Assembly (NCBI RefSeq): GCF_009914755.1
Contig: NC_060941.1
Strand: one strand, 5' to 3'
Length of the DNA: 64,000 nucleotides
Source of the DNA: the human T2T-CHM13v2.0 reference genome, Homo sapiens
The position numbers and the translations under genes are program-made. This document shows positions 39,910 to 64,000 of the stretch, in pieces. The notes beneath the pieces were generated by a model. That model saw nothing but the letters and a program-made list of their open reading frames with translations. It searched no databases and was not told the origin of the DNA. Position 1 is the first letter of the stretch. Every line of letters begins with the position of its first letter.

Positions 39910-41041
<1,132 letters not shown>

Positions 41042-41140
41042 ATTCCACATTATCAAGTTATTTCAATCCCACATTATCAAGTTATTTCAATATTTCCAAA
41101 TATATTCTTCTTCTTCTTCTTCTTCTTTTTTTTTTTTTGA

Positions 41141-41341
<201 letters not shown>

Positions 41342-41460
41342 TGACCTCCTGACCTCAAGTGATCTGCCCCTCTCAGCCTCCCAAAGTGCTGGGATTACAG
41401 GTGTGAGCCACCGTGCCCGGCCTTTTCTTTCATTTCTTTTTTTAAAATTTTTTAAAATTT

Positions 41461-41500
41461 TATGTATGTATGTATGTATGTATGTATGTATGTATGTATG

Positions 41501-41540
<40 letters not shown>
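41461..41540. repeat. Compound tetranucleotide STR (TATG)10(TATC)10
   Basis: Read directly from the sequence. Confidence 0.95.
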
Positions 41541-41541
<1 letters not shown>

Positions 41542-42074
41542 GTCTTGAGAGGGACTCTCTGTCACCCAGGCTAAAGTGCTGGAGGGCAATGGCGTGATCT
41601 ATAGGCTCACTGCAATCTCCGCCTCCTGGGTTCAAGCAATTCTTCCGCCTCAGCCTCCCCAGTAGCTAGGATTACAGGCATTGGCCACCACACCTGGCTA
41701 TTTTTAGTAGAGACGGGGTTTCTTCATGTTGTCCAGGCTGTTCTAGAACTCCTGGCCTCAAGCGATCTTCCCGCCTAGGCTTCCCAAAATGTTGGGATTG
41801 CAGGCGTGAGCCACCACGCCCAGCCCACCACGCCTGTTAATAAGCTATACCCTCACGGACCTGTCATTGGCATTAAATTTGATAATACATTAGAGTATTG
41901 TATATGAAGTATACGAAGGCCTGTGCTGAGTGTTCAAGAAGTCAGTCAGTATTATTCTACTTATATTAATAAATGAACTGATGAAATGACAATGGCGAGA
42001 TCTCGATCTTCAACAATAAGGGAGATGGAAACTGAAGCAAGAAGTGGTCTACAAACCTAGCTCAAATTGTTGAG

Positions 42075-43000
42075 ATTACCGGCCGTGCCCCTTATTCAGA
42101 TCAACCCCTCCTCGGCTGATCGCCGGCGCGAGCCAGCCTAGGCTCCCGGAAGGTAAACACATCGCCAAGGGCTGGGCAGAAGGCGGGTGTGGGACGGGTG
42201 AGTGGCCAGCTAAAAGTGATTGGCAGCTGCCATGTCCACGTGCTCCGAGCTTGGAACCAGCTGTCGCGAGAATTCGATGTAAACAGACCAGTCTCCCTGT
42301 CCTCCGGCTCCAACCTGAAACGCTCACGTGAGCGGGACAGGAGTCTGGATCATGTTGCTTTTCTTTTCAAAGCCACGAAGGTTCTGTCTTCCAAAAAAAA
42401 TGTACATGTTCGTAATTATTCCCCAGCTGCCTGCGTTTGCAACCGAACCTGACACCTCGGCTTCACCCGAACTTACATGCTGTTGTGTTTTCCCTCCAGC
42501 CCCAGCGGATTGGACACATTCAGAAGGCGGGTCCGCCTCTTTCCTACTTGCTGGTTGGCGAAGCTGACCTCCAAGGGCGGTGCCCGGCCATAGCCGGTTT
42601 GCTTCTGGGATTGGCTAGAGGGGGTGGTTCCGCTGAGGCGTGGTAGGAAGTGGCTGCCGTCAATCACTCGGGGAGACTCCAAACAGTGAGCCTAGAGCTG
42701 GAGACTAGCGTTAACCGGCGGGGCGGCCGGTGAGAGGGCTGGCAGGGCTTTGGCTTTGGGGAGGCTTGGGGAGGACGAGGGACTGGCGGCGTGAGGGGAC
42801 TGGGTCGGGCTGGCAGGAATTCGACAGGAGAGAGGTGTCGATACTGGAGGGGGAGGGGAACAGTGCAAGGGGCCGGAGGGCGGCCGGGGGCAGCGGTGGC
42901 TCCGTGTTGGAGGTTAAGTGGGCAGCGCCGTACGAGTGTCTTTCAGGAGACTGGGGCCTGAGTGGCTGGCGAGGGTCGTCCCCAGGAGACAGGGCCCTTA
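42075..43000 (+). promoter_or_regulatory. BCAS3: BCAS3 CpG-island promoter
   Basis: CpG/GC-rich island. ATTGG (CCAAT) at 42219, 42509, 42610; E-boxes at 42237 and 42325; ETS CCGGAAG at 42146; GTAAACA at 42153 and 42279; GC boxes; no TATA. Confidence 0.9.
42666..42729 (+). other. BCAS3: BCAS3 non-coding exon 1 (TSS approximate)
   Basis: CCG|gtgaga donor at 42729/42730, downstream of CCAAT/GC/ETS motifs and followed by a G-rich intron start. Confidence 0.8.
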
Positions 43001-43710
43001 AAGGGCAGGGCTTGGGAGACTGTGGTTCGAGAAAGCAAGAATGGGATGAGAATGAGAGGGCTGAGGGGCTGGAGGTGCAGGTATCCTCTGAGGAGGTGGT
43101 GGCTCTGCTCCTTGGGGCAGAGGGTGTTTTGGTTGTAGGAGGTGGGGCGCACAGGTTTAGAGTTTTCACATCAGGTGTGAATGCTCCCTACTTAAAAATG
43201 GTTTTCGGTGCCTTCAAGATGAGTTCCAGGTTGTGGGCTTCCCTGAGCCCTGTAAGAGATCTTTGATATTGCTGTCAGTCCTCTTTTAACCTTAACCAAG
43301 CCGACTCCATGCTCTTAAAATCTCAGTGATTCAGAGGGTCATGAAACATTCTAGGATCAGGATTTACTGATGTGACGGGAAAGGGTAAAGGGCTGTAACA
43401 ACGTATTAGTTTATGTTAGTTATTTGACTACTTGCTACTAGTCAAATAATTACTTGACTTATTTGTTATAGTAGCAGGGGGTTACGAATGTGATTTAAAT
43501 TGTGATTTACTCATAGATTCCCAACAGGTTTAATTGGAAGGTAGAGTGATATCATGTCACTTGTTCCGTTTGGTCTTGAAATATTGTACCATGTGTATTT
43601 TCACTATCTCAACATAAAATTGCAGTAAATTCCCATCCCATGATCTGGTTCTCTCACCCTTGTAATTTATGTTAACAACAGACCAAGGGGTACAGCAGGA
43701 GTCTTCCTTA

Positions 43711-44066
<356 letters not shown>

Positions 44067-44158
44067 TCATTATAATTTGAAAAAAATTAAAAACCTACTT
44101 CCTCCTTTTTTCCCTTTCTGGTGTAACAGGAATTTCTGGGAAAGTTTCCTACATTTGA

Positions 44159-44356
<198 letters not shown>

Positions 44357-44806
44357 TAAGCACATTTCAGATAAACCCAATAGCTGAAGAAAAGATTACT
44401 CAGAATACTAACATTTAGGTTTTCTTTATGAACAGTGGTTACTTTTGTAAAAATCTTTTAACTGTTGGCTTTATGGGATGAATAATAATAATTGCCAAGA
44501 CCAAATGAAGAATTGGAGAGTTAAGTTGACGTATTCAGCACATTTACAGAGTACGTGAAGAGCACTATGCTAAATCCTGAAGAGCAGTGTTTTCAAACTC
44601 CAGGTTTAACAAATTAGTGGATTGTTAAATCAGTTTAGTGGGTCAGGAGTTGTAGTAGAAAATGAAATAGAGGCCGGGCGCAGTGGCTCATGCCTGTAAT
44701 CCCAGCACTTTGGGAGGCCCAGGCAGGCGGATCACGAGATCAGGAGATCGAGACCATCCTGGCTAAAACGGTGAAACCCTGTCTCTACTAAAAATACAAA
44801 AAATTA

Positions 44807-44998
<192 letters not shown>

Positions 44999-45096
44999 TT
45001 AGAAAATATAGCTGAGAGTTTGTATTGTTTCATGACATGCACATAAATATGTTCATGTGTATGTATATATTTACCAGACAGTGATGTAAAATGTAT

Positions 45097-45301
45097 CTCT
45101 TTTAACTTTTAAGTTCAAGGGTACATGTGCAGGTTTGTTATATAGGGAAACTCATGTCACAGGGGTTTGTTGTACAGATTATTTCATCACCCAGGTATTA
45201 AGCATAGTCCCCATTAGTTATTTTTCCTGACCCTCTCCCCGCTCCCACCCAACTCTGATAGGCACCAGTGTGTGGTGTTCCCGTCTATGTATCCATGTGT
45301 T
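45097..45301 (-). mobile_element. L1PA (old) 3'-end fragment
   Basis: tttaagttcaagggtacatgtgcaggtttgtta...tatccatgtgt. Confidence 0.8.
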
Positions 45302-45443
45302 ATCTATAAAAGGAATCTCTTAGTCTAGGTCTCTGTCAGAAAGTTTCAAAGTAAGTGTCATAGTATATGTCTCTGTTTTTGGCATTCTTTGACAAAGAAT
45401 GTCTATACTTACTAGAGTGAGTTTATAATCTAATATGGTTTGA

Positions 45444-45784
<341 letters not shown>

Positions 45785-45996
45785 TGACATGGGAGGATTG
45801 CTTGAAACCAGGAGTTTGACACCAGCCTGAACAACATCCTGAGACCCTCATGCCTTAAAAAAATACAAAAATTAGCCAGGCATTGTGGCAGGCGCCTGGA
45901 GCCTTAGCTACTCGGGAGGCTGAGATGGGAGGATCACCTCGGCCCAGGAGCTTGAAGCTGTGGTAAGCTGTGATTGTGCCATTACACTCCAGCCTA

Positions 45997-46894
<898 letters not shown>

Positions 46895-47327
46895 TGAAGC
46901 AAACAAGTGAATAAGTAAAATAATGACAGGCTGTGATTGTGCACCGTGTACTACAATGGAGAGTGACAAAGGAGAATACATATAAGGCTGTCCCGGAAGC
47001 TCTCTCAAAGGAGGCAGCACTTAACCCGGAGAACTAAAAGGAAGGGAAGGGGATGGGAAGGAATCCAGATAGAAAGAAAGGTGGTATAAAGGTCTTGATT
47101 CAAAGAAGAACTTGGTGTGTGCTAGGAATTGAAGTTGCATATGGCTGAATCAGAATAAGGAGAGTGGCAAAAAATGAGGTTGGAGAGGTAGCCTAATAAT
47201 TTTCTTTTTTAGGCCTAATCGATTTTTGTAGGTCTCTAGGGCATATTGCTTTTTTAATAGGATTTATGATAAATCATATTATTTTCAAGTGTGATTTTTC
47301 ACATCTCTTGAAATGGATTTGAATTAG

Positions 47328-47501
<174 letters not shown>

Positions 47502-48191
47502 TAGTTTTTGTATATTTAGTAGCGACAGGGTTTCACCATGTTGGCCAGGCTGGTCTTGAACTCCTGACCTCAAGTGATCCACTCGCCTCGGCCTCCCAAA
47601 GTGCTGGGATTACAGGTGTGAGCTACCACGCCTGGCCTAAAATAGTATTTTGAAGAAGTTGTTTTTTTCCACTTGCTGAAATTTACGTACTTTGTATTTA
47701 AAATACATTAATTTAGTGTCCTTACTTAATTAACAGTGTTATTTTTTTCCCCTTCCCTTTTTTTGTTTGTTTTTTAGAGATGGGGTCTTGCTATGTTGCC
47801 TAGTCTGGCTGCCAACTTCTGGGTTCAACTCCACCTCAGCTTCCTAAATAGCTGGGACTATAGGCACATGCTACTGCATCCAGCTTTCCCTCATTTTTAT
47901 GCATTTTAATTTTTTTCCATGTCTTTTCTATACCAAAAGTTCTGTAAAGGCTTAATAGCTTCTTCTAATGCCTGTATCTACCAGAAAATGTAGACTGACC
48001 TGCTATATACAGGTAAGGGACTAGGTTCATAACCAATTTAAGGAGAAGGTCACTAGATAGTGAGTCATCAGCAATAGTTTTACTTGCTCTAATTAGGGCA
48101 TTCTTCTGCTCTGACTCAAGAGGAAGGTCCTACCTTAGGTCTCTGTCATCACTCCTCCAAATATGACTTAGAAGCTATCTCTATCAAATTA

Positions 48192-48731
<540 letters not shown>

Positions 48732-48786
48732 TCATGTTCTATATTAAGCTCTCCTGACCAGTGTTGTCCATTTCACCCTTTTCCAG

Positions 48787-48841
48787 AGAGCAGTCCTACA
48801 TGGAAAGTGTTGTGACTTTTCTGCAGGATGTTGTGCCACAG
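48787..48841 (+). CDS. BCAS3: BCAS3 exon 3, 55 nt
   Basis: ttttccag| acceptor, CAG|gtaagt donor. Encodes (T)EQSYMESVVTFLQDVVPQ in frame. Confidence 0.96.
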
Positions 48842-50052
48842 GTAAGTGTCTATATGTGCTTTCGCCTTTCCCTTTGGTCAGGAGAGCTCTGAAATGTTTG
48901 GTTTCCTAAACTTGACACTAGTACCAGCAACTTCCAAAAGGTTTTTGATGTTTTAGCATCCTGAGCATTCGTAGGGTGGGACTACATTATTGTTTAGATG
49001 TGCCGCAGTGTTGTGATGACAGTGGCATAAATATTATTCCTTAGGACTTTGCCTTCCTAAGAAGAATCAAGGTGAATTGTTAGTAGAGATTTGAGACCTG
49101 GGACTTTCTTTCTTAGGTTTCTATTTTCTTGTCCTATTTAAGTGTTGCCTGCCAGAAGGGAGAAAAGCAATATACACTCTGCACTCCTTAACTAGATATT
49201 AGCTAAGTATTGTACCTGAACACAAATCTACATCTCTTTTATATTGAGCAGCATTTTTATGCCAACTAAGGTATCCTGTTACTCTAACTGATAAAAGATT
49301 AAGTCTTTTACTGTTCCTTTTATATAAATATGAGAATAAAGAATGAGAATAGCCTTACTGGGATTATCTAGTATACTATTGCCAAACTTAACATAATTAT
49401 CACTTGGCATACTTATTAAAAGTAATAATTTCCTCTCTCAGAGTCTTAACACAATTGATTTGGGATGGTAACTGGTAACTTGTAGCAATAGTAAGAATCT
49501 CAGGTGATTCTTATGAAATGGTACCTTTGGGAAGCACTGTTCTAGTGGGACTACTGAAGGGAAAGGTTTCCATACTTTCTCCTTATGGTTGTAGTCTTCC
49601 TTGACTACCATGGGTATGTGTAACTGGAGTGTTCAAAAAGGACATTCATAGATCCAGTGTCCCAGCTTTATGAGAGGATCCTAGAAAACACAGTGCCTTC
49701 AACCTGAAAAGCTGAGTGGGAAAAAAAGGAGAAAAGAAACAGTGTTATGGTAATATAGTAGAAGGAAAATTAAATTCAGTTGGAGGACATCAAAGAAGGC
49801 TTAATGAATGAGATGCCATCTGAATTGAGGAATAGAGTGGAATAAAATCCAACAATGATCAATTTAGTGAGAATGTAATGGGGACAACAGGATCCTAGTA
49901 GGTGTTTGCTTTATTTGGCAGAGAGGTTATAACTTAACATTTTGCACATTAGGCTTAGAGTAGCTTAGTGATTAAGAACATAGACTTTGGGCCGGGTGCG
50001 GTGGCTCACGCCTGTAATCCCAGCACTTTGGGAGGCTGAGGTCAGGAGTTCA

Positions 50053-50312
<260 letters not shown>

Positions 50313-50678
50313 TCAGCTCTGCATCTTACTAGTTTCAGACAAGTTACTGAACCTTTCTAAACATCAGTATCCTTATGTGTAAACTCGGGTTAATCATCTT
50401 ATTCGTCATGGGTTTGTTTTGAGGCTTAAAGGGTGTCATGTATATAAAGCATAAAATAAAGCAAAGCAAATACTAAGTAGTCTTTCCTGGAGGGAGCTTG
50501 AGACTGGAGATCCAGGGTAGAGATGTAGATTTTTGGTGTACAATCGTAGTCGAAATAATCAGATGAGCCAGATACATTACAATTTCTAATTGTAATGGTG
50601 AGACGTCGTCATTTTAGCACCTACTGACCATAGGTTGCTTAGGAAAGCAATAATAGGAGTAACTTTTTGTTATATTAG

Positions 50679-50882
<204 letters not shown>

Positions 50883-51349
50883 TAGGATGGTCTCCATCTC
50901 CTGACCTTGTGATCTGCCTGCCTCGGCCTCCCAAAGTGCTGGGATTACAGGTGTGAGCCACCGCACCCGGCCTATGTTAGACATTTTTTCTACTGTTTGG
51001 TTGACATGAGAACAGTGCTTTCTAACATTTTTTTTCCCACATTTAATTCAGAGTCCTGCGTTGGTACTTTGTGGTCAGACATTAAAAAATAATGTTTTCT
51101 GCCAATATTGTGTTCTACCTCCTGCTCTATTCTGGGAATCATCAAATTCATGGAGCCTAGGTATTCTCTGGGTCTGCAAATATCCTCCTAAAGAGAGAAC
51201 ATGTGTTGTTGGACTGGTAGCAGCTTCTTTAGTTATCACTCATTGAATTCTAGTTGTGATAACATTGATGGATGGTAGTTGCCCTTGGCTGTGTCTTGAT
51301 CTAATAATTTCACTTATGAAAATTTATTTATTTAATTTTTTTTTTTTGA

Positions 51350-51454
<105 letters not shown>

Positions 51455-52063
51455 TGAGTAGCTGGGATTGCAGGCATGTGCCAACACGCCCGGCCAATTT
51501 TTGTATTTTTAGTAGAAACGGGGTTTCACCATGTTAGCCAGGCTGGTCTTGAATTCCTGACCTCAGGTGATCCTCCTGCCTTGGCCTCGCAAAGTTCTGG
51601 GATTACAGGCGTGAGCCACTGCACCTGGCCGAAAATTTATTTTAAAAAATAATTCAACAAAGAAAAAGTTGAAGCTTAGAACTTTTCAGTATATATGAAA
51701 TTTTTACATTTTCAGTGTAAAAACTTGTAACCAGCTTAAATGTCAATTAATAAGCAAATGATGATATATCATGGTCCCTATAGAATAATTTGCTATAAAT
51801 AAAAATTATGGCAATAGTACACTATGGAAATTATTTTCTCTATAGTGAGCAAATAAGACAACATACAGAATGACACCTACAATGATTATAGCTATGTTAT
51901 ATAAAATTCAAAAATAACTTTGTACTTATCAGTGTGTGTAGTGTGTTAGAAACCAGTGTTGAAATATAAAAGAAGTAAATAAATCTTTTCAGTAGTGAGG
52001 TGAAAGTTTTGACTTTAAATAAGAGGGCTAAATCGGTTGCTCTTGTTTGAAGAAGGGCTTTTA

Positions 52064-52938
<875 letters not shown>

Positions 52939-53418
52939 CTAAATGCAGGATAGCATCCTGGTTTGGATCCTGGAGCAGAGAAAGGACATTAGTGAGAAAG
53001 GTTGTGAAATCCAAATAATGTCTGGGGTTTAATAGTAATGCACCAGTGTTACTTTTGTAGTTTCGAGAAATGCAAATGTTAGATTTGATTAGATTAGATA
53101 ATATTAGGGGAGAATTTTTTTTTTGAGACAGGGTCTTGCTCTCACCCAGGCTGGAGTACAGTGGCACTATCATGGCTCACTGCGGCCTCAATTTCCCAGA
53201 TTCAGGTGATCCTCCCATCTCAGCCTCCCTGGTAGCTGGGACTACAGGTGCATGCCACCATGCCCAGATTTTTTTTCTGTAGAGATGAGGTTTCTCCATG
53301 TTGCCCAAGCTGGTGTTTTTTAAAAAAGGTATGTTAGGCAGGGCATGGTGGCTCACCTGTGTAATCCCAGCACTTTGGGATGCCGAGGCGGGGCGGATCA
53401 CCTGAGGTCAGGAGTTCA

Positions 53419-53709
<291 letters not shown>

Positions 53710-53937
53710 TTAATGCTTGTCTTTTGATCCTTGCAGGCTTCCAGGAAGCAGCTGATAGGTTGGGTCTAGAAGCTTGATAAGAGACTAAAAAAGTACAGTA
53801 ATACTCACACCAGTATAATTGCCACAAACACCTAGCACTTAATAGTTAAAGGTAGTAGTTGTGTTTGTTTTCTAAGCCTTATTTGTTGACCAGTATAGCG
53901 GATGGTTAGTCTTTCATTTGCCTTTGAATTATAGTAA

Positions 53938-54144
<207 letters not shown>

Positions 54145-54454
54145 TAATTTTTGTGTTTTTAGTAGAGACAGAGTTTCGCCATGTTGGCCAGGCTGGTCTT
54201 GAACTCCTGGCCTCAAGTGGTCTGCCTGCCTTGGCCTCCCAAAGTGCTGAGATTACAGGTGCCTAGCCTGCAGTTCTTTTAATAAGTTAAAAACTCTTTT
54301 GACCAAGGTTATGAGACTCATGGATAATATTCTTTGGGGGTAATAATGTTCTAAAATATTCTAGTTACCAAGATGTAGGGTTGGTGAAGTTGGAGAGGTA
54401 TAGTGTTGGCTTTAAGTCACTTTGTTTTGAACATCAGTAATATTAAAGCTGTAA

Positions 54455-54646
<192 letters not shown>

Positions 54647-54954
54647 TAGTCAGATTACTTTCTCTTATAGTAATTTTTCAGTTTTCAAAATAAAAGGTAG
54701 CATAACCGCAGTACAGAAACTTTAGAACTAATATTGTGTAATAAGCCTTAAAGTAACTATAACACAGTGTGTAAGTGTTAAACTTTGATGAAGTTAAAGT
54801 GAGTTAAAATTTTCTTAGGCAGAAAAATGGTTTTCTTAAAAAAGGAGTTATTCAAGTTTGGTCAGTTATATAAGATTTATAACTGCAAAATAATCATTAG
54901 TGTTGAACTTTCTTGGCTTGAAAATTGTTTTTTTCTGAACAGAATTTTATGCTA

Positions 54955-60430
<5,476 letters not shown>

Positions 60431-61142
60431 TTAAAATTTTATTTTTAGAGACAAGTCTTGCTGTGTCATTCAGGGTGGAATGCAGTGAAATGATCACAGC
60501 TCACTGCAACTTTGAACTGCTGGGCTCATATGATCCTCCTGCCTTAGCCTCCCAAGTAGCTAGCACTATAGGCACATGCCACCATGCCCAGCTTATTTTT
60601 AAATTTTTTGTAGAGATGAGGTCTTGCTATGTTGCCCAGGCTGATCTTGAACTACTGGCCTCAAGGAATCCTCCTGCCTCAGCCTCCTAAAGTGCTGGGA
60701 TACAGGCATGAGCCACTGTACTTGGGCTCATAGGGGATTTAAAAATAATCTACTCATGGATCTGGGAAAGATTGGGGCTTCATACTTTTAATCTTTGTCC
60801 ACTTCTTGTCACTACTTCTTTCTGAATGTTTGCATCTCTTCTTTGACTTCTTTAACAAAGAGACAGTTGGTGCAGTGGTTACTCAAAGCTCTTTATTCAT
60901 ACCTTTATGATTATATGATACAATCAAAGAGGAAAAAGTATTCATTAGGAGATCCAGATGGCTCAGTCTGAGTCACTCTCCCATTATTGGAATAGTTGCT
61001 GTGGCCAAGGATGTAGTACTAGAATTGCTCAGCTGGTCATGTGCCTATCCCTGTGCTTGATGGAGGATAAGATTAGTTACCAGAATAGAGGGAGTTACAG
61101 AGTAGAAAGTGTGTGAGGTACACAAAGGTAATAGCTGCTACA

Positions 61143-61444
61143 GCTGGGCACAGTTGCATGCACCTGTAGTCCCAGCTGCTCAGGAGGCTGAGGTAGGAGA
61201 ATCGCTCGAGTCCAGGAGTTCTGAGCTATAATGTGCTATGCCGATTGGGTGTCTGCACTAAGTTCAGCATCAATATGGTGACTTCCCAGGAGTGGGGAAC
61301 TACCAGGTTGCCTAAGGAGGGGTGAACCAGCCCAGTTCAGAAACAGTTAAAACTCCCATGCTGATGAGTAGTGAAACTGCATCAGTGAACAGCCACTGCA
61401 GTCCAGCCTGGGCAACATAGTGAGACCCCATCTCTAAAAGAAAA
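61143..61444 (+). pseudogene. Full-length 7SL (SRP RNA) retropseudogene
   Basis: Alu-domain ends plus S domain (gggtgtctgcactaagttcagcatcaatatggtga...ggttgcctaaggaggggtgaacc). Short A tail and degenerate TSD (aatagctgctaca / aatgctgctatca). Confidence 0.95.
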
Positions 61445-61700
61445 TGCTGCTATCAGCTTCTATTGCTTTAGAAGCTTGGGTCCCTTAGCTACCTGAAGAT
61501 GCCTCCTAGACATCCTCACATAGATGTCCCACAGATGCCTCAAACTCTGATTTCTTTTCCCATCTAATTGTCTCTCCTTAGCAGCTGTGCACTGACCCTA
61601 TTTACCTTTCAGGTCATTAAAGCCACAGAACTTTTCATGCCTCAGGATCTTTGCAAAGGGGACCCTCTAGGTGAAATGTTATTTTCTGCCCCTATCATTA

Positions 61701-61862
<162 letters not shown>

Positions 61863-61990
61863 TTAAAAAATTAGCTGGGTATGGTGGTATGTCCCTGTAG
61901 TCCTACCTACTCGAGAGGCTGAGGTGGGAGGATTGCTTCAGCCCAGGAGGTCGAGGCTTCAGCAGGCTGTGTTTGTGTCACTGCGCTTCA

Positions 61991-62447
<457 letters not shown>

Positions 62448-63519
62448 TTACACCTTGACTTTTGAGGTGTGAATAGAAATCCAGTATCCCTATCCTCCCA
62501 CCAGTTGCAAACAGTCTTCTAAGGAGGGAGAGTATACTGAGTGCAGTCATGGAAGATTCACAGATAAGTTAAGACTGGACAAGGTTTTGAAGGATGGGTG
62601 AATCAAAGGAAGGGAGGACATTGTAGTTGGCTGAAACCATGCAAGAATGCTAGATGTCTCTATAGGAAAGACCGTAAAGTTCAGATTTAGAGGTAGAATA
62701 AGAAAAAAGAAGCCAGTAAAGAAAATAGGCCGGGTACGATGGCTCACGCCTGTAATCCCAGCACTTTGGGAGGCTGGGGCAGGCAGATCACGAGGTCAGG
62801 AGATTGAGACCATCCTGGCTAACACGGTAAAACCCCGTCTCTACTAAAAATACAAAAAATTAGCCAGGCGTGGTGACGGGCGCCTGTAGTCCCAGCTACT
62901 CGGGAGGCTGAGGCAGAAGAATGGTGTGAACCTGGGAGGCAGAGCTTGCAGTGAGCTGAGCCGAGATTGCACCGCTGCACTGGCCTGGGTGACAGAGCGA
63001 GACTCCGTCTCACAAAAAAAAAAAAAAAAAAAAAAAGAGCAGCAGTGGAGAAAATAAATAGTGATTCTATGATAGAGGATATAAAATGAAAGGAAAGCCA
63101 AGGAAAAAGGATTTACTTAAATGTATAATAACTTTGAGGAATAATATAACATTTCTACAAAATTAAGGTTTTTGTTCAAGAACAATAAAGTCTGGCCAGG
63201 CCTGGTGGCTTATGCCTGTAATCCAGCACTTTGGGAGGTTGAGGCAAGAGTACTGCTTGAGCCCAGGAGTTCGAGACCAGTCTGGGCAACACAGTGAAAC
63301 TCTGTCTGTATTTACAAAAAGAAATAATAATAAAAGAAATCTGCTGTATCACCACCATCCAGAGAAAGTGACTAAGTGAAATCTAAAATAAGAAAAAGGA
63401 GATTTTGTATATATTATGACCTCAGGGGTTTTATGTGTGGCATTTGAACCTGGGATCAAGATGGTACTTGTGGTAGAAAGATGATTGGATTGAGTATCAA
63501 AAAGCCCTAAGATTTCTCA

Positions 63520-63738
<219 letters not shown>

Positions 63739-64000
63739 TTAGCTGGGTGTGGTGGTGGGCATCTGTAATCCCAGCTGCTTGGGAGACTGAGGTGGAGAGA
63801 ATTGCTTGAACCTGGGAGGCAGAGGTTGCAGTGAGCCAAGACTGCATCACTACACTCTAACCTTAGTGACAGAGCGAGACTCCGTCTCAAAGAAAACAAA
63901 AACAGAACAAAAAACAAAACAAGAACAACAAAAAAACAGGATTCCGTCTCAAAAATAAATAAAACAGAATTGATATGTCAGATTTGATGATGTACACAAA

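Noticed and set aside
42400-42415. p53 response element near the BCAS3 promoter
   Set aside because: Only one imperfect half-site.
42711-43266. 152-aa and 178-aa ORFs at the BCAS3 promoter/intron 1
   Set aside because: GC-rich stop depletion. The plus ORF starts at the splice-donor GTG, and no domain is recognisable.
53737-53775. Cryptic BCAS3 exon, or continuation of the HMGB1 3'UTR
   Set aside because: The donor is weak (gttggg) and the similarity is too short to support.
61143-61444. Functional 7SL RNA gene
   Set aside because: Many substitutions, CpG decay, an S-domain deletion, an A-tail and a TSD indicate a retropseudogene.

Overview
This is human genomic DNA, recognisable as the 17q23 PPM1D-BCAS3 region, and it is extremely Alu-dense (roughly half the window by eye). 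The + strand carries the 3' half of PPM1D/WIP1: exon 4 (12715-12905), exon 5 (21423-21665), alternative exon 5' (21756-21866), last exon from 27819 with the stop at 28376, and a 3'UTR with two poly(A) signals. An intergenic gap of about 11.5 kb holds three minus-strand solo LTRs (MER41B, LTR12 family, and a MER4-group-like LTR). It is followed by the BCAS3 CpG-island promoter and exons 1-4 (ATG at 44273). Retrocopies include a U6 pseudogene, a full-length 7SL pseudogene and a heavily decayed HMGB1 processed pseudogene. Nearly all ORFs in the supplied track are Alu, L1 or microsatellite artefacts. I find no evidence of a wholly new biological system. The best leads are: an exon-5'/intronic poly(A) switch that would mimic oncogenic PPM1D truncation; a MER41B LTR with GAS and ERE motifs; a stop-free 219-nt BCAS3 exon 2-4 circle; a CTCF/G4/YY1 island; and several template-switch or inverted-Alu scars. 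Repeat family calls come from remembered consensus sequences and their boundaries are approximate.
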